This document shows, piece by piece, positions 28,222-39,596 of a stretch of 64,000 nt of DNA; positions within the stretch are counted from its first letter, which is position 1; every line of letters begins with the position of its first letter. A program made the position numbers and the translations under genes. Origin of the DNA: Octopus sinensis (taxonomy: Eukaryota); assembly GCF_006345805.1 (NCBI RefSeq), contig NC_042998.1, positions 122,264,001-122,328,000 on the forward strand, given 5' to 3'. Under the pieces are notes generated by a model. That model made no database searches, was not told where the DNA came from, and saw only the letters and a program-made list of their open reading frames with translations.

Positions 28222-28850
28222 CTGACCATACCAGCAGAATCGTCTCTTTTGCACACCACATCTGATGCCTCTTATGCCTAAATTTTCTCTCAAGATGCTT
28301 TCATTCTGTTGAACATGCACACTGATATTGCACATCCAGTGAAGTACACTAACTTCATTTCTTTCAAGCCTATGCATGTCCTTGGCTGTCACAGCCCATG
28401 TTTCACTGCCATGTAGCATAACTGCTTGCACACAGGCGTCATACAATCTGCCTTTCATTCTGAGAGAGAGGCCCTTTGTTGGCAGCAGAGGTAGGAGCTC
28501 TCTGAACTTTGTCCAGCCTAAACTTATTCTTACAGCTATGCTCTTGGAGCATCCACCTCCACTACTAATTTGATCACCTAGATAATGGAAGCTATCTACT
28601 ACTTCTAGCTTGCCCCCACCCTCAGCAGTTAATGGAGTCTACTTTCTGCACATTTTCAGCGTGTATTGTGCCTGTGCATCTTCCACATACAAAAGCTAGT
28701 TTCCTTGGTAACCTTCCTCTGATATTGCTGCATCTTTTATGTGTCCAAAGCTTACAATGGGTGCATCTTATGGAGTTTCTACCTATGCCTTTTTGACAGA
28801 TCGAGGTGAGCCATCTACATGAAGGGATTTGTGATTTGTCTATCATCCAA
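28222..28850 (-). mobile_element. RTE-clade LINE fragment: PHD-like finger plus RT C-terminal region
   Basis: The ORF track gives SICQKGIGRNSIRCTHCKLWTHKRCSNIRGRLPRKLAFVCGRC (28622-28846) and KGRLYDACVQAVMLHGSETWAVTAKDMHRLERNE...CWYG (28180-28458). The LYGSETW and LRWYGH-like motifs are RTE hallmarks. Confidence 0.85.
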
Positions 28851-29846
28851 CTTGGACATTGAAATTCTTATTGTCCAGTTGTTGACAGCAAGTGTTTAAA
28901 TAGATTACTTGGGGGGGGGGGTCACTGCACAAGCTTTCTAGTTGAGTCTTTTATCAGAAAATGTTTGCAGATTGTATTCACACTATTTTCAATCTTTCAA
29001 AAAAATTATTTCTTGTTTCACAAAGGACAATCCCAAATTCCCAAATTACTTACTGTTTGGATGATTTGGTAAATGATGGAAATATTTTATATAAATATAT
29101 TAAAATAGTAAAGTCATAGAGTGACTCTCTGGTCACTTTTTTGTTGAAACATCATCTCATATTGTATAGAAATGACTGACTAAAAAAGATTATAAGTCAG
29201 TTATACTGGGCCTAAGGATGATTTTAAGATAAATTAACATTATACTAGTGCAAGTGTTGTTCATGAATTGGCTTAAAATTTCATTCCCATCTTTACCTAA
29301 TTGTCACAGAAATACTAAATATTTTTGCATCATACTTCATGAATTACTTCATATGCCATGGAGAGCATCACATAATCAATTATTACTATCTATGGAATAC
29401 TTTTGAACACCATCTGTAAGTTCACAAACAAATTCAATTGGCCCAACGAAGCTATTGTTTGCTTTGAGTGTAACAGAGAATTTGTTTCCTACATATTTCC
29501 TGGTTAATAATTCTGTGAAAAAGATCTTATGCTTCAGGTAAGAAATTTTCATATGAAAGAATAGCATCAACAAATTCAGACATTATGGATCCAGAGAAAA
29601 TAAAGTACAGTATTCCACCCTATTCTGCCATTCAGATGATGGCAAAATGAACATGTGCTATGCTTATCAAAAACGTTGTAAAGAAAGATGTCAACAACAA
29701 TTTTAATGTAAATGCTCAAGAATTATGGCATTAAGAATTCCGTGTCAACATTTCAGATATAATTCTTCTCCTCGCCACATTTAACAAAATGATTTAGTGA
29801 ATACATTAGAATTTCGATTTCCTTTATCATCAACTAAACCAAATGA

Positions 29847-29892
<46 letters not shown>

Positions 29893-29955
29893 ATTTTTAT
29901 GTATGTATACGCATACTCACAAACATGTGCATGTGTATGTGTGAAAGAGTTAAAT

Positions 29956-30318
29956 ACATGGCTGTGTGGTAAGAAGCTTGCTTCTTAAGAACATGGTTTC
30001 AGGTTCAGTCCCACTGCATGGCACCTTAGGCAAGTGTCTTCTCCTATAGCCTTGGGCCAACCAATGCCTTGTGAGTGGATTTGGTAGACGGAAACTGAAA
30101 GAAGTCTGTCGCATATATGAATATATATATATATATATATATAAATTCATATATATGTCCCCATAACTTAGCAGTTTCACATAAAAGACCTGTAGAGTAA
30201 GTACTAGACTTAAATAAAGAAAAAAGTCCTGGGGTTGATTTGTTTGACTATAATCCTTCAAGGTGGTGCTTGAGCATAGCCACAGTCAAATGACTGAAAC
30301 AAGTTAAAGAATAAAAGA
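29956..30318 (+). mobile_element. SINE family A, full length with internal (TA)n
   Basis: It aligns by eye with 46071-46486. Confidence 0.9.
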
Positions 30319-30581
30319 CTATAAGGTGTGTCGCCTAATGGTTAGAGTGCTGGGTTGACAATCAAATTTCTGGACAATGCAGTGTGTTGTGCCCTTGAGC
30401 AAGGTACCTCATTTTATGTTGCTCCAGTCTTTTCAGCTGAAAATGGATTTCAACAGACTGTTGGTGTAGCCTACTCTCCCTCCAGTTGTCACATCCTTCA
30501 TATTCTAATTTTATTATGTCTGCTCTGGACTATGCAGGCTCCAAAAATAATTGGCAAAAGTATGGTCAAACTCACTATTAG

Positions 30582-30946
30582 CTCTTCTTCTTCTTCTTCT
30601 TCTTCTTCTTTTTCCTCCCCTCCTCCTCCTCCTCTTCTTCCTCCTCCTCCTCTTCTTCTTCTTCCTCCTCTTCTTCTTCCTCCTCTTCTTCTTCCTCCTC
30701 CTCCCCCCTCCTCTTCTTCTTCTTCTGCCTCCCCTCCCCCTCTTCTTCTTCCCCCTCCCCCTCCCCCTCTTCTTCTTCTTCTTCCTCCTCCACTTCTTCA
30801 TCCTCCACTTCTTCTTCTTCCTCCTCCTCATCCCCCCTCTTCTTCCTCCCCCTCTTCCCCCCATCACCCCCTCCTCCACTTCTTCTTCTTCCTCCTCTTC
30901 CTCCCCCCCATCCCCTCCCCTTCTTCTTCTTCTTCTTCTTCTTCTT
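30582..30946. repeat. About 365-bp polypyrimidine (TTC)n/(TCC)n tract
   Basis: The plus strand is almost purely C/T. It explains the poly-R/E/K/P/S ORFs. Confidence 0.97.
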
Positions 30947-31599
30947 AAGGGCTTCATTGTGCCCCATTATCTATTTTGGTATAGTATGGTATACTTAGAT
31001 ATACCTAATAGGATAGGTGTGCTGGGCTATGTAACAACACATTTGCATAAAAACCATGAAATTCTGAGTTTCTCCAAGACAGAATAGAAAAAAACTAATT
31101 CACATCCCCGAAATTCAGTTGATTAGTGATACAGTGGATATATGCAAAACATTCCAAGGATTCTCTCTTTCAGCTCCCTGGAATGAACATATATACAATC
31201 TCACTTATAGATGCACATAAGCAGTATACCCAAGTGACATGCATACCCTTTTCTGAAGAGCAAGGTCATTCATACGTGCAACTACATCAATACATACATC
31301 AATACCCACTCACATATCAACAAATCTCAGGAAATGGTTAGTCTTAAACCCTTTGCTAATAACTGGTTTGAATTCCGTGAAGAACTTGAATAAATGACTA
31401 ACAAAAAACACCTGCACCTGCCTTCACACCCCACTCCCATCTATCCATCCAACCATCAATCCACACGCACACAAACACACACACAAACACACACACACAC
31501 ACACATACACACACACACTCACTCACACACATGTATTTTATCATCTTCATTGTCATTATCATCATTTAGCCTCTGTCTTGCACACATGTATGAGTACAC

Positions 31600-31676
<77 letters not shown>

Positions 31677-31738
31677 GGAATAATTATAAACAGGGCAAAT
31701 TTTAGCAATTTTTCTGCAAACTGGAAAAATGATGAAGA

Positions 31739-31781
31739 ACCTTAATTGATTTTCGAACCTTATTGGGTTCTCATCAGAGGT
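31739..31781 (-). ncRNA. Minimal type I hammerhead motif (H2)
   Basis: The minus strand reads ACCT-CTGATGA-GAACC CAATAA GGTTC-GAAA-ATCAAT-TA/AGGT. The core is canonical, with a 4-bp stem I, a 5-bp stem II, stem III one base from the palindrome AATCGATT, and a UUA triplet. Confidence 0.8.
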
Positions 31782-32068
31782 GTCCATGTCATTTTGACAA
31801 GTTCCTGAGAAACAAGCAGCCATATATATGCTTGTATAAATAGATGTGTGATAGCAACTATTAAGTCTAGAGTTCTATGTAGGTTAATCATTGTCTAGTC
31901 TGCTTCAGTATAGAGATTAAGCAACTATTATACTTGATAGTATTGCTGGTTATTATATACAGAACTAATGTAGGAGAAAATACGACAAACTTGGGTTTAT
32001 TGTAATCCCCCCCCTGCACACACTCTTACACATTAATGTCTGTTTTTATATTGAGTTATAATAAAAAC

Positions 32069-32111
32069 CAGTCTGATGAAGGCTAAACAGGCTGAAACTT
32101 TGAAGTCACTG
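32069..32111 (+). ncRNA. Minimal type I hammerhead motif (H3)
   Basis: CAGT-CTGATGA-AGGCT AAAC AGGCT-GAAA-CTTTGAAG-TC/ACTG. The triplet is GUC, stem II has one G.G mismatch, and stem III is one base from the palindrome ACTTCGAAGT. Confidence 0.75.
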
Positions 32112-32614
32112 TCAACACCATTCCTGTTAAAGAATAAGGTATATATATATTTATTTATACATAAAAGAGTGACATCAAATTTTATATTGATAAGATCTGA
32201 TATTATCCACAGAGCTGAAAAATGACAGGTTTTGGCTATAATTACAATATTACGTAATGTCAAAAAAACAATATTTAGAACTTTACTCTGATATTTTCCA
32301 TCAACTTCAATAATTGTTTTAGTCATGAGGTCAGTTTTTATAGAAGAGAACAATATTTATTTGATTTACTTTAGAAATATGACAGGCAAGCTTAACCCTG
32401 GTATGACCTGAACTCAGAACAGCTAAGGAGATGATTAAATACTTGAGCAAATAAAAAAGTTTCAACATGATTGCTTGACCTATAAGAAATAGTAGTAAAA
32501 TCTCCCTGAAATTATGCCTTCCTATCTTCAACTTGGAATGACATATTGGATTATCTGGACTTAGACGCTCTATGCCTGGAAATAAGGTAGGAAAGTTATG
32601 ATATAAGAAATATG

Positions 32615-32649
<35 letters not shown>

Positions 32650-32741
32650 GTGTACTGTTCCACGATGAGAAGGTCAACTAAAAAAGTACTCCATCTGGTG
32701 AGAGATAAATATTATTTAATAAACACTATATATGTTTTTAT

Positions 32742-32825
32742 GTGCTACTGTTAGTTTCATGCAATAAAAGCATGCCAGACAGTATTTTTTAATATGTCTG
32801 GTGTCTCAGCACAATCTTCAGGCAC
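32742..32825 (-). ncRNA. Type I hammerhead motif with long stem II (H4), downstream of a PLE GIY-YIG remnant
   Basis: The minus strand reads GTGC-CTGAAGA-[56-nt stem II containing CCAGACA/TGTCTGG]-GAAA-CTAACAG-TA/GCAC. The first stem II pair is a U.U mismatch. Confidence 0.7.
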
Positions 32826-33049
32826 TGCTCACATAGCACAACAAGGTAAAAATAGGGTGAGAGGATGAAAGAATAAGTGAGGAAAGGTAAGAAAGAAGTA
32901 GATATAAATGGTAGGAGGTTGAAAAACCAGAAAACAAAAAAGAAAACAGAAAGAAGCAAAGTGGGTGGGGATTAGAGTTATTTTCCCTTTAACCATAAAA
33001 TATAAAGCTGAAAAGACAGTGGCCTAGATTCTGTGGTGTAACTGCTTAA

Positions 33050-33480
33050 TTCCAAGAAGGTGGTACTTTCCAATTTATCAAATGGAACTTACAACTGCTG
33101 AAAATTTTGGATCTAGAATTCAGCAGTGTGTTAGAGTTCTTAGATCTGAAAAGGATTTGAATTCTCTCAGCTATACCTAGCTTACATTTTTTTGATCTGT
33201 TAACATATGGTTATTTTCCACTTTATCATATGTGGTGTGTTGTTCAAACCCTGTACACGGCTAGCCAACTTAGTAGCTTTACTTTTGTCCCTGCATTGGA
33301 AGGAAGATATGTGGTTAGTATAGCAATTTTTGATGTCACCTTCACATAGTCCGATATAGCTCTTCTTATTGGTTATGTCATCTGGCATTGCTGTAACTGC
33401 TGCCTTATATATGATGGACTTAATCATACATCTCTGGTCAAGTGGACAAATTCCTGGGTCTTGACAGTTACAACTGGGAG
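33050..33480 (-). mobile_element. Penelope-like element: GIY-YIG endonuclease and C-terminal remnant (frameshifted)
   Basis: The minus frame from 33478 to 33200 reads PSCNCQDPGICPLDQRCMIKSIIYKAAVT...KSYIGLCEGDIKNCYTNHISSF...ATKLASRV...IKWKI. After a frameshift, 33186-33082 reads CKLGIAERIQILF...LLNSRSKIFSSCKFH. CNC..CPL..C, IIY..YIG and C.LC..E..I..LN.R....C.H-like motifs are typical of PLE endonucleases. Confidence 0.85.
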
Positions 33481-33704
33481 TGGGCTCTTGGTGTCTGATT
33501 CAGGTACTCAACTATGTGTTCACTGCATTTTATAGCAGAAACAGCTGTAAGCTAATGAATTCATAACATAACCATTGTTTTTCTTGTGTCATCTCTTTTT
33601 CTTATTACTGCTCTATACTCATCTAGCACTTTGTTCTGAACCATATGTGTATTGAGTTCTACACTAGATTATTAATCTCTCAATGTTTAAGCGATGTATA
33701 TGTG

Positions 33705-33980
33705 TGTATGTGTGTGTGTGTGCATTACTGTCTACTTGCCTTGACATCACATGATGGCTGTAAGACAGCATCACCACCATGCAGGTGATTGTTCATGCTA
33801 ACATGTCTAGTCAAAAGGAAATATTACCTTAATTGGAAATGGGTTAGGGTTGGTGACAGGAAGGGCATCCAGCTGTAGAAAATCTTCCTCAATAAATTCT
33901 GTCTGATTCATGAGAGCATTGTGGAAAAGTGGATGTTAACAGTGAAGATTGTTATGATGGCGATGGTGATGATGTTGATG
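33705..33980 (+). mobile_element. SINE-like repeat with the RTE-type tail
   Basis: GGGTTGGTGACAGGAAGGGCATCCAGCTGTAGAAAATC...(GAT)n. Related copies lie at about 1470-1605 and 23185-23395. Confidence 0.65.
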
Positions 33981-34639
33981 TGTGTTTGTGTGTGCATGTG
34001 TGTGTATGTCTGTGTACAAGTACAGTGAGTAGAATGAAAACAACAACAATAATCGGTAATATAGTCTCATTCACCTCTCAAAAAATGGGATACTCACTGC
34101 TTGAATGTCTCTGATCAAAGGTCTATCCAAGTAGTGTTGACCTGGGGTTAAAAAACAACAACAAAAAGAGCACCAATTAAAATTTCTGCCAGCTGGCTAC
34201 TCTTTCAATAATTCATTAGTTATAAAAGCATTTATAAAAGATATTTCAGAATATTGAACTATTAATAAGAAAATAAATACATTATGATGATTTATTAGTG
34301 AATATTTAAGATGAATATTTCAGATGGCGGATAAATATTTAAAATAAATTACATTGATATTCAGAAGACAGAGCTAAATTGAAAATATTCTTCAGGAGAC
34401 AATGTATCTTGAAATAATTTACTGGAAATAAATGATCTGTGATCCTTCAGACTCTGATATTGGTTAGTCTGGCCAATTTAATAGTTCTAGAAAATGACTG
34501 GTTAATGTGACAATAATGAATATTCAGAATCTATTTTTATGATATGCAAACCATCAAGACTTTCTTAATTTCACTTAGATGTCTGTGGCATGGAAAGTGA
34601 AATAATATCCTATTCTTTCCTTCCTTCACTCCCTCTCTA

Positions 34640-34657
<18 letters not shown>

Positions 34658-34698
<41 letters not shown>

Positions 34699-35083
34699 TG
34701 TGAGAGAGGTTATATATATATATGTGTGTGTATGTACATATGTATTTATGTATCAATTTATATATATATATATATATTTATACATGCATACATTCATATA
34801 CATACATGTATATATATACATACACATACATACATACATGTATATATATACATACACATACATACATGTATATATATACATACACATACATACATATATA
34901 TATATACATACACATACATACATGTATATATATACATACACATACATACATGTATATATATACATACACATACATACATGTATATATATACATACACATA
35001 CATACATGTATATATATACATACACATACATACATATATATATATACATACACATACATACATATATATATATATATACATAC

Positions 35084-35136
<53 letters not shown>

Positions 35137-35161
35137 CATACATATACATATATACATACAT

Positions 35162-35196
<35 letters not shown>

Positions 35197-35421
35197 CATA
35201 CATATACATACATATATATATACATACATATACATACATGCATACATATATATATATACATACACATACATATACATACATACATTTACATACATACATA
35301 TACATACGTATATATATATATATATGTATATATATATGTATATATATATATATATATTATATATATTATATATATATATATATACATATATATATAAATA
35401 TATATATATAATATATATATA

Positions 35422-35481
<60 letters not shown>

Positions 35482-35485
35482 GAGA
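34658..35485. repeat. Compound microsatellite with a 28-bp higher-order unit
   Basis: It consists of (TA)n, (GA)n and CATG(TA)5CATACACATACATA units. Confidence 0.95.
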
Positions 35486-35693
35486 AGATAAAAGAATTCT
35501 CAAATGCAGGATGACTGTGAAGAGAGCTTAGAGAATCGAATAAAGACCCTTAGAAGATGAAAAAAAATGTGGCTGATTTTCTAACCAGTCTTCAGAACCA
35601 TCCTACATTAACGAAAGAATTCCTTAATTTTCTGTAGAATACTGACTCACTTGGTGCTTCTAAGTTTGTTCACATTGCACATATACATATATA

Positions 35694-35750
<57 letters not shown>

Positions 35751-35756
<6 letters not shown>

Positions 35757-36136
35757 TATATTAATAATTATATACATAATTATATCGAGGGCTTAGATGA
35801 GCCTCTCCATGCACTAAGAATAGATGCCAAATGGCATTAAAAACCACCTTAAATGCCCTATAGCACAGGTTGTAAGTGGCCAAATGAAAAATAATAAATG
35901 AGACTCTGGCCACTTGTGTATTGGAAGCAATTCCAACCAATTTCAAACTTGAAATTGATTCCAATACACAATTGACCAAAAGTTTGATTTATTATTTTTC
36001 ATTTGCCTGCTTACAACCTGTGCTATAGGAAATTTAAGGTAGTTTTTAGCGCCATTTGGCATCTATTGTTAGCACATGAAGAGGCTTGTCTGATGCCTTG
36101 ATATAAATTATGCATATAAGTATTAATATAGTATAT
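35751..36136. mobile_element. Fold-back MITE-like element with about 150-bp imperfect TIRs
   Basis: 35751-35899 is the reverse complement of 35987-36136, for example TAGATGCCAAATGGC/GCCATTTGGCATCTA and CCTATAGCACAGGTTGTAAG/CTTACAACCTGTGCTATAGG. The spacer contains a further hairpin. Confidence 0.85.
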
Positions 36137-36237
36137 AAAATTTACTTAATTTTATGCTGACCACTTGATAAAGTCATTAAAGTGATTTTATTCTTTATTA
36201 CGTATAAAACATATATATATATGTATATATATATATA

Positions 36238-36645
36238 TCTGGAAGATCCTGGAAGGAATTGTGCCAAATTTTAGCATTGAAAGCTACACCAATGCCAGAA
36301 TAAGACGACACTGCATAGTGCCAAAGATCCAAGCAACACCATCGCACTTTAGGACCAATTACTGCAACAGCCTGGGTTTCAGGGGCCCACAGCTTTTTAA
36401 TATTCTCCCAAAGAGTCTGAGGAACCTGCACAAAGTAGATGTAGGCGTTTTTATATCAAAGCTGGATCTCTTCCTGTCGAGAGTCCCAGATGAACCTACC
36501 TCACGGCACAAGGTGCAAATGAAGGTAGCTACATTAAACTCCATTCTTCACCAAGAGCTACATATTGGAGGAGGCTCTCAGTAATATCAGTGCAGCAAAA
36601 TGGCAGTGCATCAGCATGGTCGCATCTCTGAACTGAAACTACACA

Positions 36646-36648
<3 letters not shown>
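36238..36648 (+). mobile_element. 5'-truncated CR1/L2-group LINE: ORF2 C-terminus and short 3'UTR
   Basis: The frame reads IWKILEGIVPNF...RGPQLFNILPKSLRNL...KLDLFLSRVPDEP...NSILHQ and is open from 36238 to 36584. Confidence 0.8.
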
Positions 36649-36699
<51 letters not shown>

Positions 36700-36725
36700 T
36701 ATATATATGTGTATATATGTTTATA

Positions 36726-36801
<76 letters not shown>

Positions 36802-37477
36802 ATATGTATGTATGTATGTATATATTATGATATCAACCAGACTCTCAGATGTTATACATCCCTGTTACAATGTACTTCACATTTTTTTAACTTTCAAATG
36901 ATGCCATCCACTATATAGGTGAGCAGACTAATAGTATCCTTGAATGAAATGTCAGTCCATCACAGGGTTCCCCATTTTCAGCTTAGTGGACTGAAGCGAC
37001 TTGAAATGTAATGTTTTACTCAAGAACACAATGTACAGCCAGTTAAGGAAATGAAACCATGATCTCATGATCTTGAGTATAACACTTTAGCTGAATATAT
37101 ATAGCTAAAGTGAAGAGAAATAATCCAGAGTAACTTGTGGCATGTATTTCAACAACAAAATGGAGTAAAGGAATATTGAATATAAAAATAAATTATTAGG
37201 TTTTTTAAACTATTTTTGTTTTCAGAGAGGGTAGCTGGTTGACAGTTAGAATCAACATCAAATGAAAAGGGGAGATAATGTCAAGCATCAAAAAATTTTT
37301 TAAAACTTGACATGTTTTTAAGAAAAAGATTCTCTGATTGTCTGTAGACAAGAGGTCACCTGCGATACATGTTCCTGTCTCAATATACATCCCCAGCACA
37401 GTAGTTTCTCTACCTTGTCTCCTGTAGTACTATATACCTAGACATGTACAAAAAGAGTAGAATGCATTTATGGCCTA

Positions 37478-38520
37478 GGTAATTTACCTAAATAAAGCAA
37501 AAAATTAGGATAAAAACCAAAGTATATGAAGCAGTCATCAAGGACCAGCTGTTTGCAGATGATGCAGCACTGGCAACACACTTGGAGGTGTAACTGCAAT
37601 GCTTTGTGGACAGTTTTGCATGAACTTGTGAAAACTTTAGCTTGACCAACAGTCTGAAGAAGACAAAAGTGTTGGGCCAAGGTGCTGAGCATTTCCATAC
37701 CAATACTATCAAAAACTGTTGGCTGGAGGAAGTCTTTAAGTTTACATACTTCAGTTCCACCATTAGGCATAAACTCTTTCTGGAGTTTGAAATCAACTGA
37801 TATATTGGAGAAGTATCTTCAACATTAACACATTAACTAGTCTGACAATGAAAGTCAGGCAGAATAGTATGATATTGATCATTGAAGGCACACATTACAA
37901 AGACAGAAATAGCATGCTAAGGTTGCACTGAACAAAGTTTGTATCCTCAGCAGTGAGACCTGAAGTAGCATTTCCTCTAAACAAGAACAGCATCTCAATG
38001 CCACCCATCTATGCAGCCTGAGATGGATTCTAAACATCAAGTTACTAACAATAAAGTACTACAACAACGGCACCTCTGTTGGATGAGCCATGTACACAAT
38101 ATGTCACTTGGGAGGATTCCCCAAACCTGCTGTATGGGGAACAGGCATCTGGTGAGAGAACATGAAGACAGCTCTAGCTTCATTTCAAAGATGTCAGCAA
38201 GTGAGACAAAGTCTTTTTGCATGAGCATTGAAAAGTGAGAAGGCAGTGCAGATGATGGATTCCTGTTGGAGACTGGAATTGGACAATACTTTAAAAAACA
38301 TTAGAGGAGAGGCTGATGTTTGTTGATGAAAGTAAACAAAATTGATGAGAAAAACTTTACCAGGACAAGACTGGTGGATGGCACCTTTATGTGCAATCAC
38401 TTCAGTTAGAACTGTCTCCCACATTTGGTCTCTGCAGTCATTGCAGGTGTTGCTCTGTCAACATGATCAAACAGGTCTTTGCAATCACTGATGGACTGCT
38501 CACAAAACTAAAGGATGCCT
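37478..38520 (+). mobile_element. Degenerate RTE/BovB-like LINE: RT C-terminal half and 3' end
   Basis: Motifs are QLFADDAALATH, SLKKTKVLGQ, LEEVFKFTYFSSTI, SSET*, HLCSLRWILNI and HLCWMSHV. Several stops and frameshifts are present. Confidence 0.8.
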
Positions 38521-38610
38521 TCAAGATAGATATGCATTTGTGTGTGCGTGCATGTGTGTGCTTGTGTGTGTGTGTCTGTATAACATGTATATATTATATA
38601 TATATATATA

Positions 38611-38790
38611 GGGAGAGTTTACGAAAAAAACAAAAGATGAAGACAGGTGGTGTACAAAACAAACAGATGTATTAGTATAACGCTCAGGAATAGAAAAAGT
38701 CTTTTATGTTTCGAGCCTATGCTCTTCTACAGAAAGGTACACAGAAAAAACAAGGAGAGAAAAAAATGTGTGTAGCGGCTAATGATCTAT
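38611..38790 (-). mobile_element. Probable PLE terminal-repeat fragment carrying variant hammerhead H5
   Basis: This is a non-microsatellite island between TA/CA tracts that contains the motif at 38701-38736. The PLE origin is inferred from the motif. Confidence 0.45.
38701..38736 (-). ncRNA. Hammerhead-like variant with core CUGUAGA(A) (H5)
   Basis: The minus strand reads CTTT-CTGTAGA-A-GAGC ATAG GCTC-GAAA-CA-TA/AAAG. Stems I and II are perfect, A6 is replaced by U, and stem III is ACAT (one base from ACGT). Confidence 0.5.
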
Positions 38791-39229
38791 CATGGCGACT
38801 GACACATATACATACATATACATACATTCACACACACACATATATATATATATAAGGGAGGGAGAGAAAAGAGAGAGAAAAAGAGAGAGAGAAAAGAGAG
38901 AGAGAGAGAGATACACACATGTATATAAATAGTAAAGTAAAATATTATAAGTTGACGTTATTATATTATATTTGAAATCTAGTTTTGAAATGTATGAATT
39001 AGGGAATGAAATATTGGAAATAGACATTGTTACAATATCTGGCTGATAAATTTAAAAGAATTATCTTAATATATGTAATGCTTAGTTATGAGTCAAGTTT
39101 TTTTGTTGGCTGATTTCTCTCTTTCTTTCGTGTTGGAAGGAGAAAACAGTAGCTGTGCTGAGAGACATGAAAAGGGAAGAAGAGAATTATCAAGATAGAT
39201 GGATTAGTTAGGAAAATAAGTAATTTGGG

Positions 39230-39281
<52 letters not shown>

Positions 39282-39296
39282 TATAGATAGATAGAT

Positions 39297-39327
<31 letters not shown>

Positions 39328-39350
39328 GAGCGAGAGAGAGAGAGAGAGAA
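39230..39350. repeat. (GATA)n/(GA)n microsatellite
   Basis: Read directly. Confidence 0.95.
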
Positions 39351-39554
39351 TAACTAACAGTCAGTAGTTGCATGACAAAGAGCCTTGCAAAACAGACAGT
39401 GAAATAGAAAGAGGGCGGGGAAAAAGAAAGTGAAAAGAAGAGATAGCATAAGTATGAGAGAAAGGGTTGAAAGATAGAAGACAGAGTTCTACAACTGAGA
39501 GGAGGCAGTTAGAGAGGTAATGTGATAAAATAACTGAGGTTTAGAATAAAACTG

Positions 39555-39596
<42 letters not shown>

